Notes under the pieces: generated by a model
Database searches by the model: none
What the model saw: only the letters and a program-made list of their open reading frames with translations
What the model was told of the DNA's origin: nothing
Program-made: the position numbers and the translations under genes
Assembly (NCBI GenBank): GCA_040255215.1
Contig: JBDZUM010000004.1
Location: forward strand, 4,093-68,092
Direction of reading: 5' to 3'
Length of the DNA: 64,000 nucleotides
From: Rhodospirillaceae bacterium
Lineage (GTDB): Bacteria > Pseudomonadota > Alphaproteobacteria > Reyranellales > JAQSWP01
Shown: one piece after another, positions 25,980-34,139 of the stretch
Position numbering within the stretch: the first letter of the stretch is position 1
Layout: the number at the start of each line of letters is the position of its first letter

Positions 25980-26816
25980 TCAGGCGGCGCCGGCCTCGCC
26001 GCGCATGACGAAGTCGTAGCGGGCGTGCACCTCGCCCGCCGCTTCGTCGTGCGCGAAGTCGACGATCAGCGCGTCCTTCACGCCGAACACCGCATCCGAC
26101 TGGAGATACTCGTCGCCGCGCACGAAGATATGCGTGGTCAGCGTCTCGTAGCCGGGCGCGGAGACGATGAAATGCAGATGCGCCGGCCGATAGGCATGGC
26201 GCCCCAGCGCCAGCAGCAGCCGGCCGACCGGCCCGTCGGTCGGCACCGGATAGCTGACCGGCTTGACGGTGCGGAAGCTGTAGGCGCCATCTGCCCCGGT
26301 CCGAAAACGGCCGCGCAGATTGAATTCCGGCGCATCGGCATCCTGCACGTCGTAGAGCCCGTTGGGCGCCGTCTGCCAAACGTCGAGCACGGCGCCGGCG
26401 ATCGGCCTGCCTTGACTATCGAACACCCGGCCGCTGACCAGCGTCTTCTCGCCGCCCTCGGTGGCGGCGGAGATGTCGCTGCCCATGGGCAGGTCTGGCG
26501 CGCCCTCGACGTAGAACGGCCCCAGCACCGTCGACGGCGTCTCCCCGCCTTCGCGCCGGTTGTTCAGCGCGTCGACCAGCATCGACAGGCCCAGCGTGTC
26601 CGACAGCAGGATAAATTCCTGCCGCTTGTCGTCGCAGGTCTGGCCGGTGGCGGTCAGGAAGCGGATCGCCTGCAGTCATTCCTCGGGCGTCAGGCGGGTT
26701 TCGCGCGCGAAGTCGTGCAGATGGCGCACCAGCGCTTCCATCAGCTGGCGCAGGCGTGGATCGGAGGCGGCCTGCATGCGGCCGATGACGGCTTCCGTAA
26801 GGCCTTTCTCCGTCAT
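25980..26816 (-). pseudogene. hydroxyquinol/catechol 1,2-dioxygenase (intradiol) interrupted by an in-frame TGA
   Basis: The N-terminal 46 codons ([46 protein letters not shown]) end at the TGA at 26676-26678. The same frame then continues [39 protein letters not shown]... into the 200-aa track ORF, which carries the intradiol core (YRPAHLHF). Confidence 0.8.
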
Positions 26817-26833
26817 CCACCCCTCCCCGGTGT

Positions 26834-27634
26834 CTACTTCTCCGCCGAAAGATCGAGCAGTGGCAGCTGCTCGGCCAGATAGAGCCTGTGCAGTTCGCGC
26901 CAGCTGGCCGGATCGACCGCGCTCAGCACGCCGCCCTGGTGCACCGTAGGCCGGTAGTCGTCGCCGTTGAAATGCGCCGCCCGGCCGCCGGCCTCCTCCA
27001 CCATCAGCGTTCCCGCCGCATGATCCCACGGTTTGACGAAGCGGTAGAGATTGAAGTGGCTGTTGCCGGCCAGCATCTCGATGTATTCGAGCCCGGCGCA
27101 GAACAGGCTGCCCATGCCCTTGACCAGCTTCAGTCGCTCGGGATTGGCCTTTTCGAGGAACTGCCGCTTGAACTTGAAGCCGACATAGCCAGACATGTCG
27201 GCCAGCGCGGTGGCGGAGGGAAAGCGGATTTTCTCGCCATTGAGCCAGGCGCCGCCGCCCAGTGTCGCCGCGGCCGCGCGCCTGCCCAGCGGGTCGTAGA
27301 CCCAGCCGCCGATGGTGCGGCCCCTTTCCGCCAGCGCCACGATGATGGCGAAGCGCGGACGGCTGCCGGCGAAGTTCGACGTGCCGTCGAGCGGATCGAC
27401 GATCCAGGCGCGCTCTTCGCTGCCGATGGCCTTGATCAGCGCCGGATCGGCGGCGACCGCCTCCTCGCCGACCACGACGACGCCCGGCAGGATGCGCTGC
27501 AGGCCTTCGGTCAGGCGCTTTTCGGCGGCGACGTCGGCGACGGTGACGAGGTCGCCGGGCTTCTTCTCCCGCACCTCGCCCGCCGACAGCTTGCCGAAGC
27601 GCGGCAGCAGGTCGATTTCCGCCGTCTGCCGCAT
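26834..27634 (-). CDS. inositol monophosphatase family protein
   Basis: WIVDPLDGTSNF and WDHAAG motifs. The start is uncertain: ATG 27634 was chosen because the track start at 27775 would overlap groES. Confidence 0.8.
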   Translation of the reverse strand: MRQTAEIDLLPRFGKLSAGEVREKKPGDLVTVADVAAEKRLTEGLQRILPGVVVVGEEAVAADPALIKAIGSEERAWIVDPLDGTSNFAGSRPRFAIIVALAERGRTIGGWVYDPLGRRAAAATLGGGAWLNGEKIRFPSATALADMSGYVGFKFKRQFLEKANPERLKLVKGMGSLFCAGLEYIEMLAGNSHFNLYRFVKPWDHAAGTLMVEEAGGRAAHFNGDDYRPTVHQGGVLSAVDPASWRELHRLYLAEQLPLLDLSAEK

Positions 27635-27693
27635 CAGCGCCAGAACGTCGGCGCTGATGTTGGCAGGCAGGTCGGCCCGTGTGGCGATGCGGC

Positions 27694-27981
27694 TCAGACC
27701 AGCACGCCCATGATGTCGGACTCGGAGAGGATCACCATCTCTTCGCCGTCCACCTTGACCTCGGTACCCGACCACTTGCCATACAGCACCTTGTTGCCGA
27801 CCTTGACGTCGATCGGGATCAGCTTGCCGTCGGCGCCGCGCTTGCCCGGCCCGGCGGCGACCACCTTGCCCTGCTGCGGCTTTTCCTGCGCGGTCTCGGG
27901 GATGATGATGCCGCCCTTGGTCTTGGTGTCGACCTTCTCGGGCTTGACCAGGATGCGGTCGTGCAGCGGACGGAAACTCAT
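27694..27981 (-). CDS. groES: co-chaperonin GroES (no adjacent groEL)
   Basis: [46 protein letters not shown]...[28 protein letters not shown]; 95 aa from the ATG at 27981. Confidence 0.93.
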   Translation of the reverse strand: MSFRPLHDRILVKPEKVDTKTKGGIIIPETAQEKPQQGKVVAAGPGKRGADGKLIPIDVKVGNKVLYGKWSGTEVKVDGEEMVILSESDIMGVLV

Positions 27982-28038
27982 GTGATTTCTCTCCTGGAAT
28001 GTCGGTGGCCGCCCCGATTCCGGGCGGCCGGGCACCGG

Positions 28039-28067
28039 TTATAGGGACTGCCCGCCCGCCTCGTCAA
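28039..28067 (-). promoter_or_regulatory. candidate heat-shock (RpoH-type) promoter of groES
   Basis: The minus strand reads TTGAC, 16 nt, then CCCTATAA. An 8-bp GC hairpin (28007-28029) follows in the leader. Confidence 0.35.
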
Positions 28068-28078
28068 TCGAGGGAAAT

Positions 28079-29287
28079 TCAGGCTGCCGGGCCGGGTTCC
28101 CGGGGCATCCGGGCCTCCAGACGGGCGCGCGCCGCAGTATCGAGCATCACCCGCAAATGGGTCGTGCCCTCGCCGTCGTGGCGCTCCAGCACCCGGCCGT
28201 GGCGGTAGAGCCAGGCCAGCAGGGCGCCGTCGGTCTGCGGCACGTCGAGTTCGACCGGTTTCTCGTCGATCGACAGGGCGCCGTCGATGGCCGCCAGCAG
28301 GTCTTCGACGCCCTCACCGGTCAGAGCAGAGATCGGCACGCGCGTGCCGGCAGCACTCGGGCTGCTGCCCAGCAGGCGGCGGCGGGCCACCTCGTCGATC
28401 AGGTCGATCTTGTTCAGCGCTTCGATCAGCTCGCCGCCGATCACCCGGTCGTGCAGGCCGATCTCCGACAGCACGGTCTCGACGTCCTGCCGCTGCGCCT
28501 CGCTGTCGGGATGGGCAACGTCGCGCACATGCACGATGACGTCGGCCTCGATGACCTCCTCCAACGTGGCGCGGAAGGCGGCGACAAGATCGGTCGGCAG
28601 ATCGGCGATGAAGCCCACCGTGTCCGACAGCACGACCTCGCGGCCCGATGGCAGGCGTACCGAGCGCATGGTGGGGTCGAGGGTGGCGAACAGCAGATCC
28701 TTGGCGAAGACCTGAGACCGGGTCAGGCGGTTGAACAGCGTCGACTTGCCGGCGTTGGTGTAGCCGACCAGCGCCACTACCGGCAGGTCCGCGCGTTTGC
28801 GACCTTTGCGCTGGAGATCGCGGGTGCGGCGCACCTCGTCCAGCTCGCGCTTGAGCCGCACGATGCGGTCGCCGATCAGCCGTCGGTCGATTTCGAGCTG
28901 CGATTCGCCGGGGCCGCCCAGGAAGCCGAAGCCGCCGCGCTGGCGTTCCAAGTGGGTCCAGGACCGCACCAGCCGCGAGCGCTGGTAGCTCAGCGCCGCC
29001 AGTTCGACCTGCAGCCGGCCTTCATGGGTGCGGGCGCGGGCGCCGAAGATCTCCAGGATCAAGCCTGTGCGGTCGATGACCTTGCATTCCAGGCCGCGCT
29101 CCAGATTGCGCTGCTGCACCGGGCTCAGCTTGCAGTCGAAGATCGCGACGGTGATGCCGAGATCGGCGAAGGCGCCCTTGAGCCGGTCGAGCGCGCCCGA
29201 GCCGATGAACGTGTTCGGCCGCACGCGGTTGACCGGCAGAATCTCGCTCAGCATGACTTCGAGCTCGATCGCCGCCGCCAGGCCCAC
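28079..29287 (-). CDS. hflX: GTPase HflX (5' end probably further upstream)
   Basis: GTNAGKSTLFN, LSDTVGF and NKID motifs. The frame stays open and HflX-like (TRAAVIRPRV...) back to the hfq stop at 29441-29443 without any ATG, GTG or TTG. Confidence 0.9.
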   Translation of the reverse strand: MGLAAAIELEVMLSEILPVNRVRPNTFIGSGALDRLKGAFADLGITVAIFDCKLSPVQQRNLERGLECKVIDRTGLILEIFGARARTHEGRLQVELAALSYQRSRLVRSWTHLERQRGGFGFLGGPGESQLEIDRRLIGDRIVRLKRELDEVRRTRDLQRKGRKRADLPVVALVGYTNAGKSTLFNRLTRSQVFAKDLLFATLDPTMRSVRLPSGREVVLSDTVGFIADLPTDLVAAFRATLEEVIEADVIVHVRDVAHPDSEAQRQDVETVLSEIGLHDRVIGGELIEALNKIDLIDEVARRRLLGSSPSAAGTRVPISALTGEGVEDLLAAIDGALSIDEKPVELDVPQTDGALLAWLYRHGRVLERHDGEGTTHLRVMLDTAARARLEARMPREPGPAA

Positions 29288-29440
29288 GGCCTCTTCCAGC
29301 CGGGCGTCTTCGTCGCGCGCTTCGAAACGGTCGCCGGGAACGCGCGGCCGGATGACGGCGGCGCGCGTCGGCGCCGCTTTCGTTTCCCGCGATCCCTCGT
29401 GGTTCGCCTGCGTGATGGTCTGACCCGCTCTTGAAACGGT

Positions 29441-29686
29441 CTATTCGTCGCCCGGCTTGTCGCCGTCGAACAGCTGCACGGGGGTGACGGGCATGATGGT
29501 CGAGATCGCGTGCTTGTAGACAAGCTGCGAATGCCCGTCCCGGCGCAGCAGCACCGAGAAATTGTCGAACCAGGTGACGATGCCCTGGAGCTTGACGCCA
29601 TTGACCAGAAAAATGGTCACCGGGGTCTTGTTCTTGCGCAGGTAGTTGAGAAACACATCCTGCACGTTCTGCGACTTGTCGCTCAT
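29441..29686 (-). CDS. hfq: RNA chaperone Hfq
   Basis: [58 protein letters not shown]. Confidence 0.97.
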   Translation of the reverse strand: MSDKSQNVQDVFLNYLRKNKTPVTIFLVNGVKLQGIVTWFDNFSVLLRRDGHSQLVYKHAISTIMPVTPVQLFDGDKPGDE

Positions 29687-29793
29687 GTTCTTGGTCCCTC
29701 GGTTCTAGGGCGCACAGGCCCGCTTGGCGCTCGGGCGTGCCCAGGAACAGGGGCCGCCGTCGACGTTGCACTGCAACATAATATAGGAGCGCC

Positions 29794-30447
29794 TCAGCGT
29801 TTTACGAGAGCTTTCAATTGAAATAGATCGGACGCGTGCAAAACCGGTGGAAAAGCCGGGAATTCGCCGGATTTCGGCGCTTCGCGCCGCACCAGGACCG
29901 GCGTGCAGCCGGCATGGTGGGCGCATTCGAGATCGATATCTGTGTCGCCGACGAACCACACGTCCGGCCCGGCGACGATGCCCAGCCCTTCCAGCGCCAT
30001 GTGCACCGGATCGGGCGCCGGCTTGTCGCGCGGGGCATCGGTGGCGCCGACGACGCGATGGAAATGCCGGTTCCAGCCCAGATGCTCGGCTTCGAGCCGC
30101 AGATAGGGTCCGGTCTTGTTGCTGACGACGCCCAGCGAAATCCCGCCGTCGCTGGCGTGCTGCAGCAGCTCGTCGGCGCCAGGCAGCGCCCGCAACTCGC
30201 GCAGATGCACTTCCTCGAAGGCGCGGAAGAAAATCTGCCGCGCTTCCTCCCAGCGCTCGCCGAACATCACCGGAAAGGCGTCGCGCAGGGATTGGCGCAC
30301 CTTGATATGCGCCTCCTCGAGCGTCCACGGCGTCACGCCCATGGCGATCTGCGCCGCATTCAGGGCGGCATGGATGGTCGGGAAGGAATCGACCAGCGTG
30401 TTGTCCCAGTCGAACAGGATGGCGCGCGGACGCGGCAGCGGCGCCAT
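29794..30447 (-). CDS. HAD family hydrolase (phosphoglycolate phosphatase-like)
   Basis: The ATG at 30447 gives MAPLPRPRAILFDWDNTLVDS (DxD motif). Also VVSNK and GDTDIDLE. It forms the last part of the 442-aa track ORF. Confidence 0.85.
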   Translation of the reverse strand: MAPLPRPRAILFDWDNTLVDSFPTIHAALNAAQIAMGVTPWTLEEAHIKVRQSLRDAFPVMFGERWEEARQIFFRAFEEVHLRELRALPGADELLQHASDGGISLGVVSNKTGPYLRLEAEHLGWNRHFHRVVGATDAPRDKPAPDPVHMALEGLGIVAGPDVWFVGDTDIDLECAHHAGCTPVLVRREAPKSGEFPAFPPVLHASDLFQLKALVKR

Positions 30448-31310
30448 CAGGATGCCTCGGCCACCACCTGATCGAGGTAGTCGACGTAGAAATCGCGCAG
30501 CCGTGTGGCGACGAGCCCCGGCCGGCCGTCGCCGACGGGCTCGCCGTCGATGCTGACGATCGGCAGCACGAACGAGGTGGTGCTGGTGAGGAAGGCTTCG
30601 GATGCTTCCTTCGCCTCCTCGACCGTGAAAGGCCGCTCGACGATCTTCATCTGCGCGTCGCGGGCCAGGCGGATGACGGCCTGGCGGGTGATGCCGTTGA
30701 GAATAGCGTCCGAGGCGTCGCGGGTGACGATCTCGCCGTCCTTGGTCACGATCCAGGCGTTGGTCGAACTGCCTTCGGTGACGCAGCCCTCCTCGTCGAC
30801 CTGCCAGGCCTCGTAGGCGCCGGATTCCTTGGCCTGCTGCTTGGCGAGCACGTTGGGCAGCAGTGCCACCGACTTGATGTCGCAGCGCTCCCAGCGAATG
30901 TCCGGGACGGTGATGACGCCGACTCCGGTCTTCGCCGCTGGATGCGCCAGCGATTGCTGCCGGGCGGTGATGACCAGCGCCGGCCGCGCGCCGACGGGAA
31001 ACCCGTGCTCGCGCCGGGAAACGCCGCGGGTGATCTGCACGTACACGATGCCGTTGCGGATGCGGTTGCGCGCCACCACCTCGCGCATCAGCACCGGCAG
31101 CACCGAGGGCGCCACCGGCCACAGGATCGACAACTCGCGCAATGAGCGGTCGAGCCGCACCAGATGCCCCTCCTCGTCGATCAGCTTGCCGCCATAGACC
31201 GCGATCACCTCGTAGACGCCGTCGGCGAACTGGTAGCCGCGGTCCTCGATATGCACCGAAGCGCCGCGATGCGGCAGGTAGCGTCCATTAACGTAGGCGA
31301 TGCGCGACAT
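30447..31310 (-). CDS. D-amino-acid transaminase (class IV aminotransferase)
   Basis: VHIEDRGYQFADGVYEV and DIKSVALLPN. Confidence 0.85.
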   Translation of the reverse strand: MSRIAYVNGRYLPHRGASVHIEDRGYQFADGVYEVIAVYGGKLIDEEGHLVRLDRSLRELSILWPVAPSVLPVLMREVVARNRIRNGIVYVQITRGVSRREHGFPVGARPALVITARQQSLAHPAAKTGVGVITVPDIRWERCDIKSVALLPNVLAKQQAKESGAYEAWQVDEEGCVTEGSSTNAWIVTKDGEIVTRDASDAILNGITRQAVIRLARDAQMKIVERPFTVEEAKEASEAFLTSTTSFVLPIVSIDGEPVGDGRPGLVATRLRDFYVDYLDQVVAEAS

Positions 31311-31320
31311 CGCAAAAACC

Positions 31321-32697
31321 CTAGAAGTATTCGAGGCGCACGGCGAACAACCGTTCGACCTTCTTGACGGCGTCCGGCAGCGCGAAGATCACAACGCGAT
31401 CGCCGAGCTTGATCACGGTGTCGCCGCGCGGCATGACGATATCGTTGTCGCGCACCACGGCGCCGATGATCGAACCGTCCGGCAGGTCGACCTCGCGCAG
31501 CGGCTTGCCGATCAGGCCCGAGGTCTGCAGCGCCTCGCCTTCGATCACTTCGCCGCAATCGTTGCGCAGCGTGTGCACGCCGCGGATGCGCCCGCGCCGC
31601 ACCTGTTCGAGGATGGTCGACACGGTCGAAGCGCGCGGGCTGACCACCGTGTCGACGCCCAGGTTGGGCACCAGCGGCTCGTAGACCGGCTTGTTGACCA
31701 GGGTCACGGCGCGGCCGGCGCCGGTGCGCTTGGCCAGCAGCGAGGCCAGGATGTTGGTCTCGTCGTCGTTGGTGACGGCGACCACCGCCTCGGCCAGCCG
31801 TACGCCGGCTTCTTCGAGAATTTCCGCGTCGAGCCCGTCGCCCTGGATGACCACGGTGCGCTTGAGCGCGCCGGCGACGATCTTGGCGCGCTCGGCCTCG
31901 TATTCGATCAGCTTGATGTTGGCGCCGGACAGATCGGTTTCCAGCTCCTTGACCAGCGACAGGCCGATATTGCCGCCACCGATCACGACGATACGCCGCG
32001 CTTCCTGTTCTTCGTGACCGAACGCGGCCAGAGCGCGCGTCACCTTGGCGACCGGGGCCACGAAATAGACCTCGTCGCCGGCGACCAGATGGTCCTCGGC
32101 GCTGGGCACGAAGCCCTTGCCGTTGCGCACCACCAGAGTGACGACGATGTTCAGTTCGGGAAACAGCGAGGTGAGCTGGCGCAGCGGCGTGTCGACCACC
32201 GGGCAGTCCTGGTTGCAGCGCACGCCCACCGCCTGCAACTGGCCTTCGGCCAGCGGAATGACGTCGAAGGCGCCCGGCACGCGCAGGCCCCGGCGAATCG
32301 CCTGGGCCACCTCGATCTCCGGCGAAATGACGACGTCGATGCCGAGATTGTTGCTGGTGAAGATGTCGGCGTAGATCGGGTCGAGATAGGTCTGGTTGCG
32401 GATACGGGCGATTTTCTTAGGCACCTTGAACAGCGCCCCGGCCACCTGACAGGCGACCATGTTGACCTCGTCGGCGTAGGTCACCGCGATCAGCATGTCG
32501 GCGTCGCCAGTGCCGGCGCGCTCCAGCACGTCGGGATAGGAGGCGAAGCCGGTAATCGCCTGCACGTCGAGCGTGTCTGAGATCTTGCGGATCAGCTCTT
32601 CCGACTTGTCGACGACGACCACGTCGTTGCGCTCGCGGGCCAGCGCCTTGGCGATGTTGTAGCCGACCTGGCCGGCGCCGCAGATCACGACTTTCAT
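31321..32697 (-). CDS. trkA: Trk system potassium uptake protein TrkA
   Basis: Two Rossmann modules (MKVVICGAGQVG and IVVIGGGNIG); 458 aa. Confidence 0.93.
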   Translation of the reverse strand: MKVVICGAGQVGYNIAKALARERNDVVVVDKSEELIRKISDTLDVQAITGFASYPDVLERAGTGDADMLIAVTYADEVNMVACQVAGALFKVPKKIARIRNQTYLDPIYADIFTSNNLGIDVVISPEIEVAQAIRRGLRVPGAFDVIPLAEGQLQAVGVRCNQDCPVVDTPLRQLTSLFPELNIVVTLVVRNGKGFVPSAEDHLVAGDEVYFVAPVAKVTRALAAFGHEEQEARRIVVIGGGNIGLSLVKELETDLSGANIKLIEYEAERAKIVAGALKRTVVIQGDGLDAEILEEAGVRLAEAVVAVTNDDETNILASLLAKRTGAGRAVTLVNKPVYEPLVPNLGVDTVVSPRASTVSTILEQVRRGRIRGVHTLRNDCGEVIEGEALQTSGLIGKPLREVDLPDGSIIGAVVRDNDIVMPRGDTVIKLGDRVVIFALPDAVKKVERLFAVRLEYF

Positions 32698-32718
32698 GGC
32701 TGCTTCCCGTCCCCGCCG

Positions 32719-34137
32719 CTACTCGGTGCCGGGACCGTTGTTCACCGTGCGCTCGTCGCCGTGGACGCCGAGCGACTTGAGCTTGCGATGCAGGGCCGAG
32801 CGCTCCATGCCGACGAAGCTGGCGGTGCGCGAGATGTTGCCGCCGAAACGCGTCACCTGGGCGATCAGGTACTCGCGCTCGAAGACTTCGCGCGCCTCGC
32901 GCAGCGGCAGGCGCATGATCTCGCCGCCGCGCTCCCAGCGCAGCACCGAAGGCGTCGACGCGGCGACGTCGTTGGGCAGCATCTCGGTGCGGATCGGCTG
33001 CGTCGGGTCGCCCGGCGCCATGATCAGCAGCCGTTCGATAACGTTGCGCAGCTGGCGCACGTTGCCTGGCCAATCGTAGCCCTGCAGCGCGGTGATGGCG
33101 TCGTCGCCGAGCGTGCGATGCGCCAGACCGCTGCTGTCGGCCACCTGGCGCATCAGTTCGGCGATCAGCGCCGGAATGTCCTCGCGCCGTTCGCGCAGCG
33201 GCGGCACCCGGATCGGCACCACGTTGAGGCGGTAATAGAGATCCTCGCGGAAATTGCCGGCGGCGATTTCGGCCGGCAGATCGCGATTGGTCGAGGCCAC
33301 GACGCGCACGTCGACCTCGACGCGGGTCTTGCCGCCGACGCGGAAGAAAGTCTGTTCCTGCAGGCCGCGCACGATCTTGCCCTGGGTCTCCAGCGGCATG
33401 TCGGCGACCTCGTCGAGCAGCAAGGTGCCGCCATGGGCCTGCTCGAACAGGCCGATGATGCGGCCGCCCTCGGGCGAGCCGTCCTCGCCCTCCTCGACGC
33501 CGAACAATTCGATCTCGAGGCGCTCGGGCGCCATGGTGGCGCAGTTCAGCACCACGAACGGTCCGCCGGCGCGCTTGGAATTGGCGTGCAGCATACGCGC
33601 CACCACTTCCTTGCCCGACCCGGCCGGGCCGGTGATCAGCACGCGGCTACCGGTCGGCGCCACGCGTTCGACCGACGCCCGCAAATGCCCGATCACCGAG
33701 GAATGGCCGGTCAGCCCCGTGGCGCCACCGGCACGGGCGCGGAGCTGGGCGTTCTCGCGCCGCAGCCGCGTCGCCTCGATGGCGCGCTGCACGACCAGCA
33801 GCAGCCGGTCGGCCTTGAAGGGCTTTTCGATGAAATCGTAGGCGCCGGCCTTGATGGCGGCGACCGCCGTGTCGATGGTGCCGTGACCGCTGATCATCAC
33901 CACCGGGGTCGGCGGATGGTCGCTCTTCAGCATCTCGAGCAGCTGCAAGCCGTCGAGATCGCTGCCCTGCAGCCAGACGTCGAGGATGACCAAGGTCGGC
34001 CGGCGATGGCGGATGGCCTCGATCGCCTCGCCGCTGGAGTTGGCCGCGCGGCAGGTATAGCCCTCGTCCTGCAGGATGCCGCCGATCAGCATGCAGATAT
34101 CGGCTTCGTCGTCGACGATCAGTATGTCGTGCGCCAT
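32719..34137 (-). CDS. ntrX: sigma-54-dependent response regulator NtrX
   Basis: Receiver domain (DILIVDDE...DVWL), AAA+ domain (GPAGSGKE) and a C-terminal HTH. It lies immediately downstream of ntrY. Confidence 0.9.
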   Translation of the reverse strand: MAHDILIVDDEADICMLIGGILQDEGYTCRAANSSGEAIEAIRHRRPTLVILDVWLQGSDLDGLQLLEMLKSDHPPTPVVMISGHGTIDTAVAAIKAGAYDFIEKPFKADRLLLVVQRAIEATRLRRENAQLRARAGGATGLTGHSSVIGHLRASVERVAPTGSRVLITGPAGSGKEVVARMLHANSKRAGGPFVVLNCATMAPERLEIELFGVEEGEDGSPEGGRIIGLFEQAHGGTLLLDEVADMPLETQGKIVRGLQEQTFFRVGGKTRVEVDVRVVASTNRDLPAEIAAGNFREDLYYRLNVVPIRVPPLRERREDIPALIAELMRQVADSSGLAHRTLGDDAITALQGYDWPGNVRQLRNVIERLLIMAPGDPTQPIRTEMLPNDVAASTPSVLRWERGGEIMRLPLREAREVFEREYLIAQVTRFGGNISRTASFVGMERSALHRKLKSLGVHGDERTVNNGPGTE

Positions 34138-34139
34138 GT

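Noticed and set aside
26676-26678. The in-frame TGA in the dioxygenase gene as a recoding event (UGA read as Trp, or selenocysteine).
   Set aside because: TGA is clearly used as a stop throughout the window, including many ATGA gene overlaps. The conserved residue at this position is Trp, not Cys/Sec, and no SECIS-like hairpin follows. A pseudogene or a base-call error is the more economical explanation.
29022-29771. A 249-aa minus-strand track ORF spanning the hfq-hflX junction, considered as an alternative explanation for the missing hflX start.
   Set aside because: It is in a different frame from both conserved proteins. It is extremely Arg/Pro/Gly rich and overlaps the whole of hfq, so it is a high-GC artefact.
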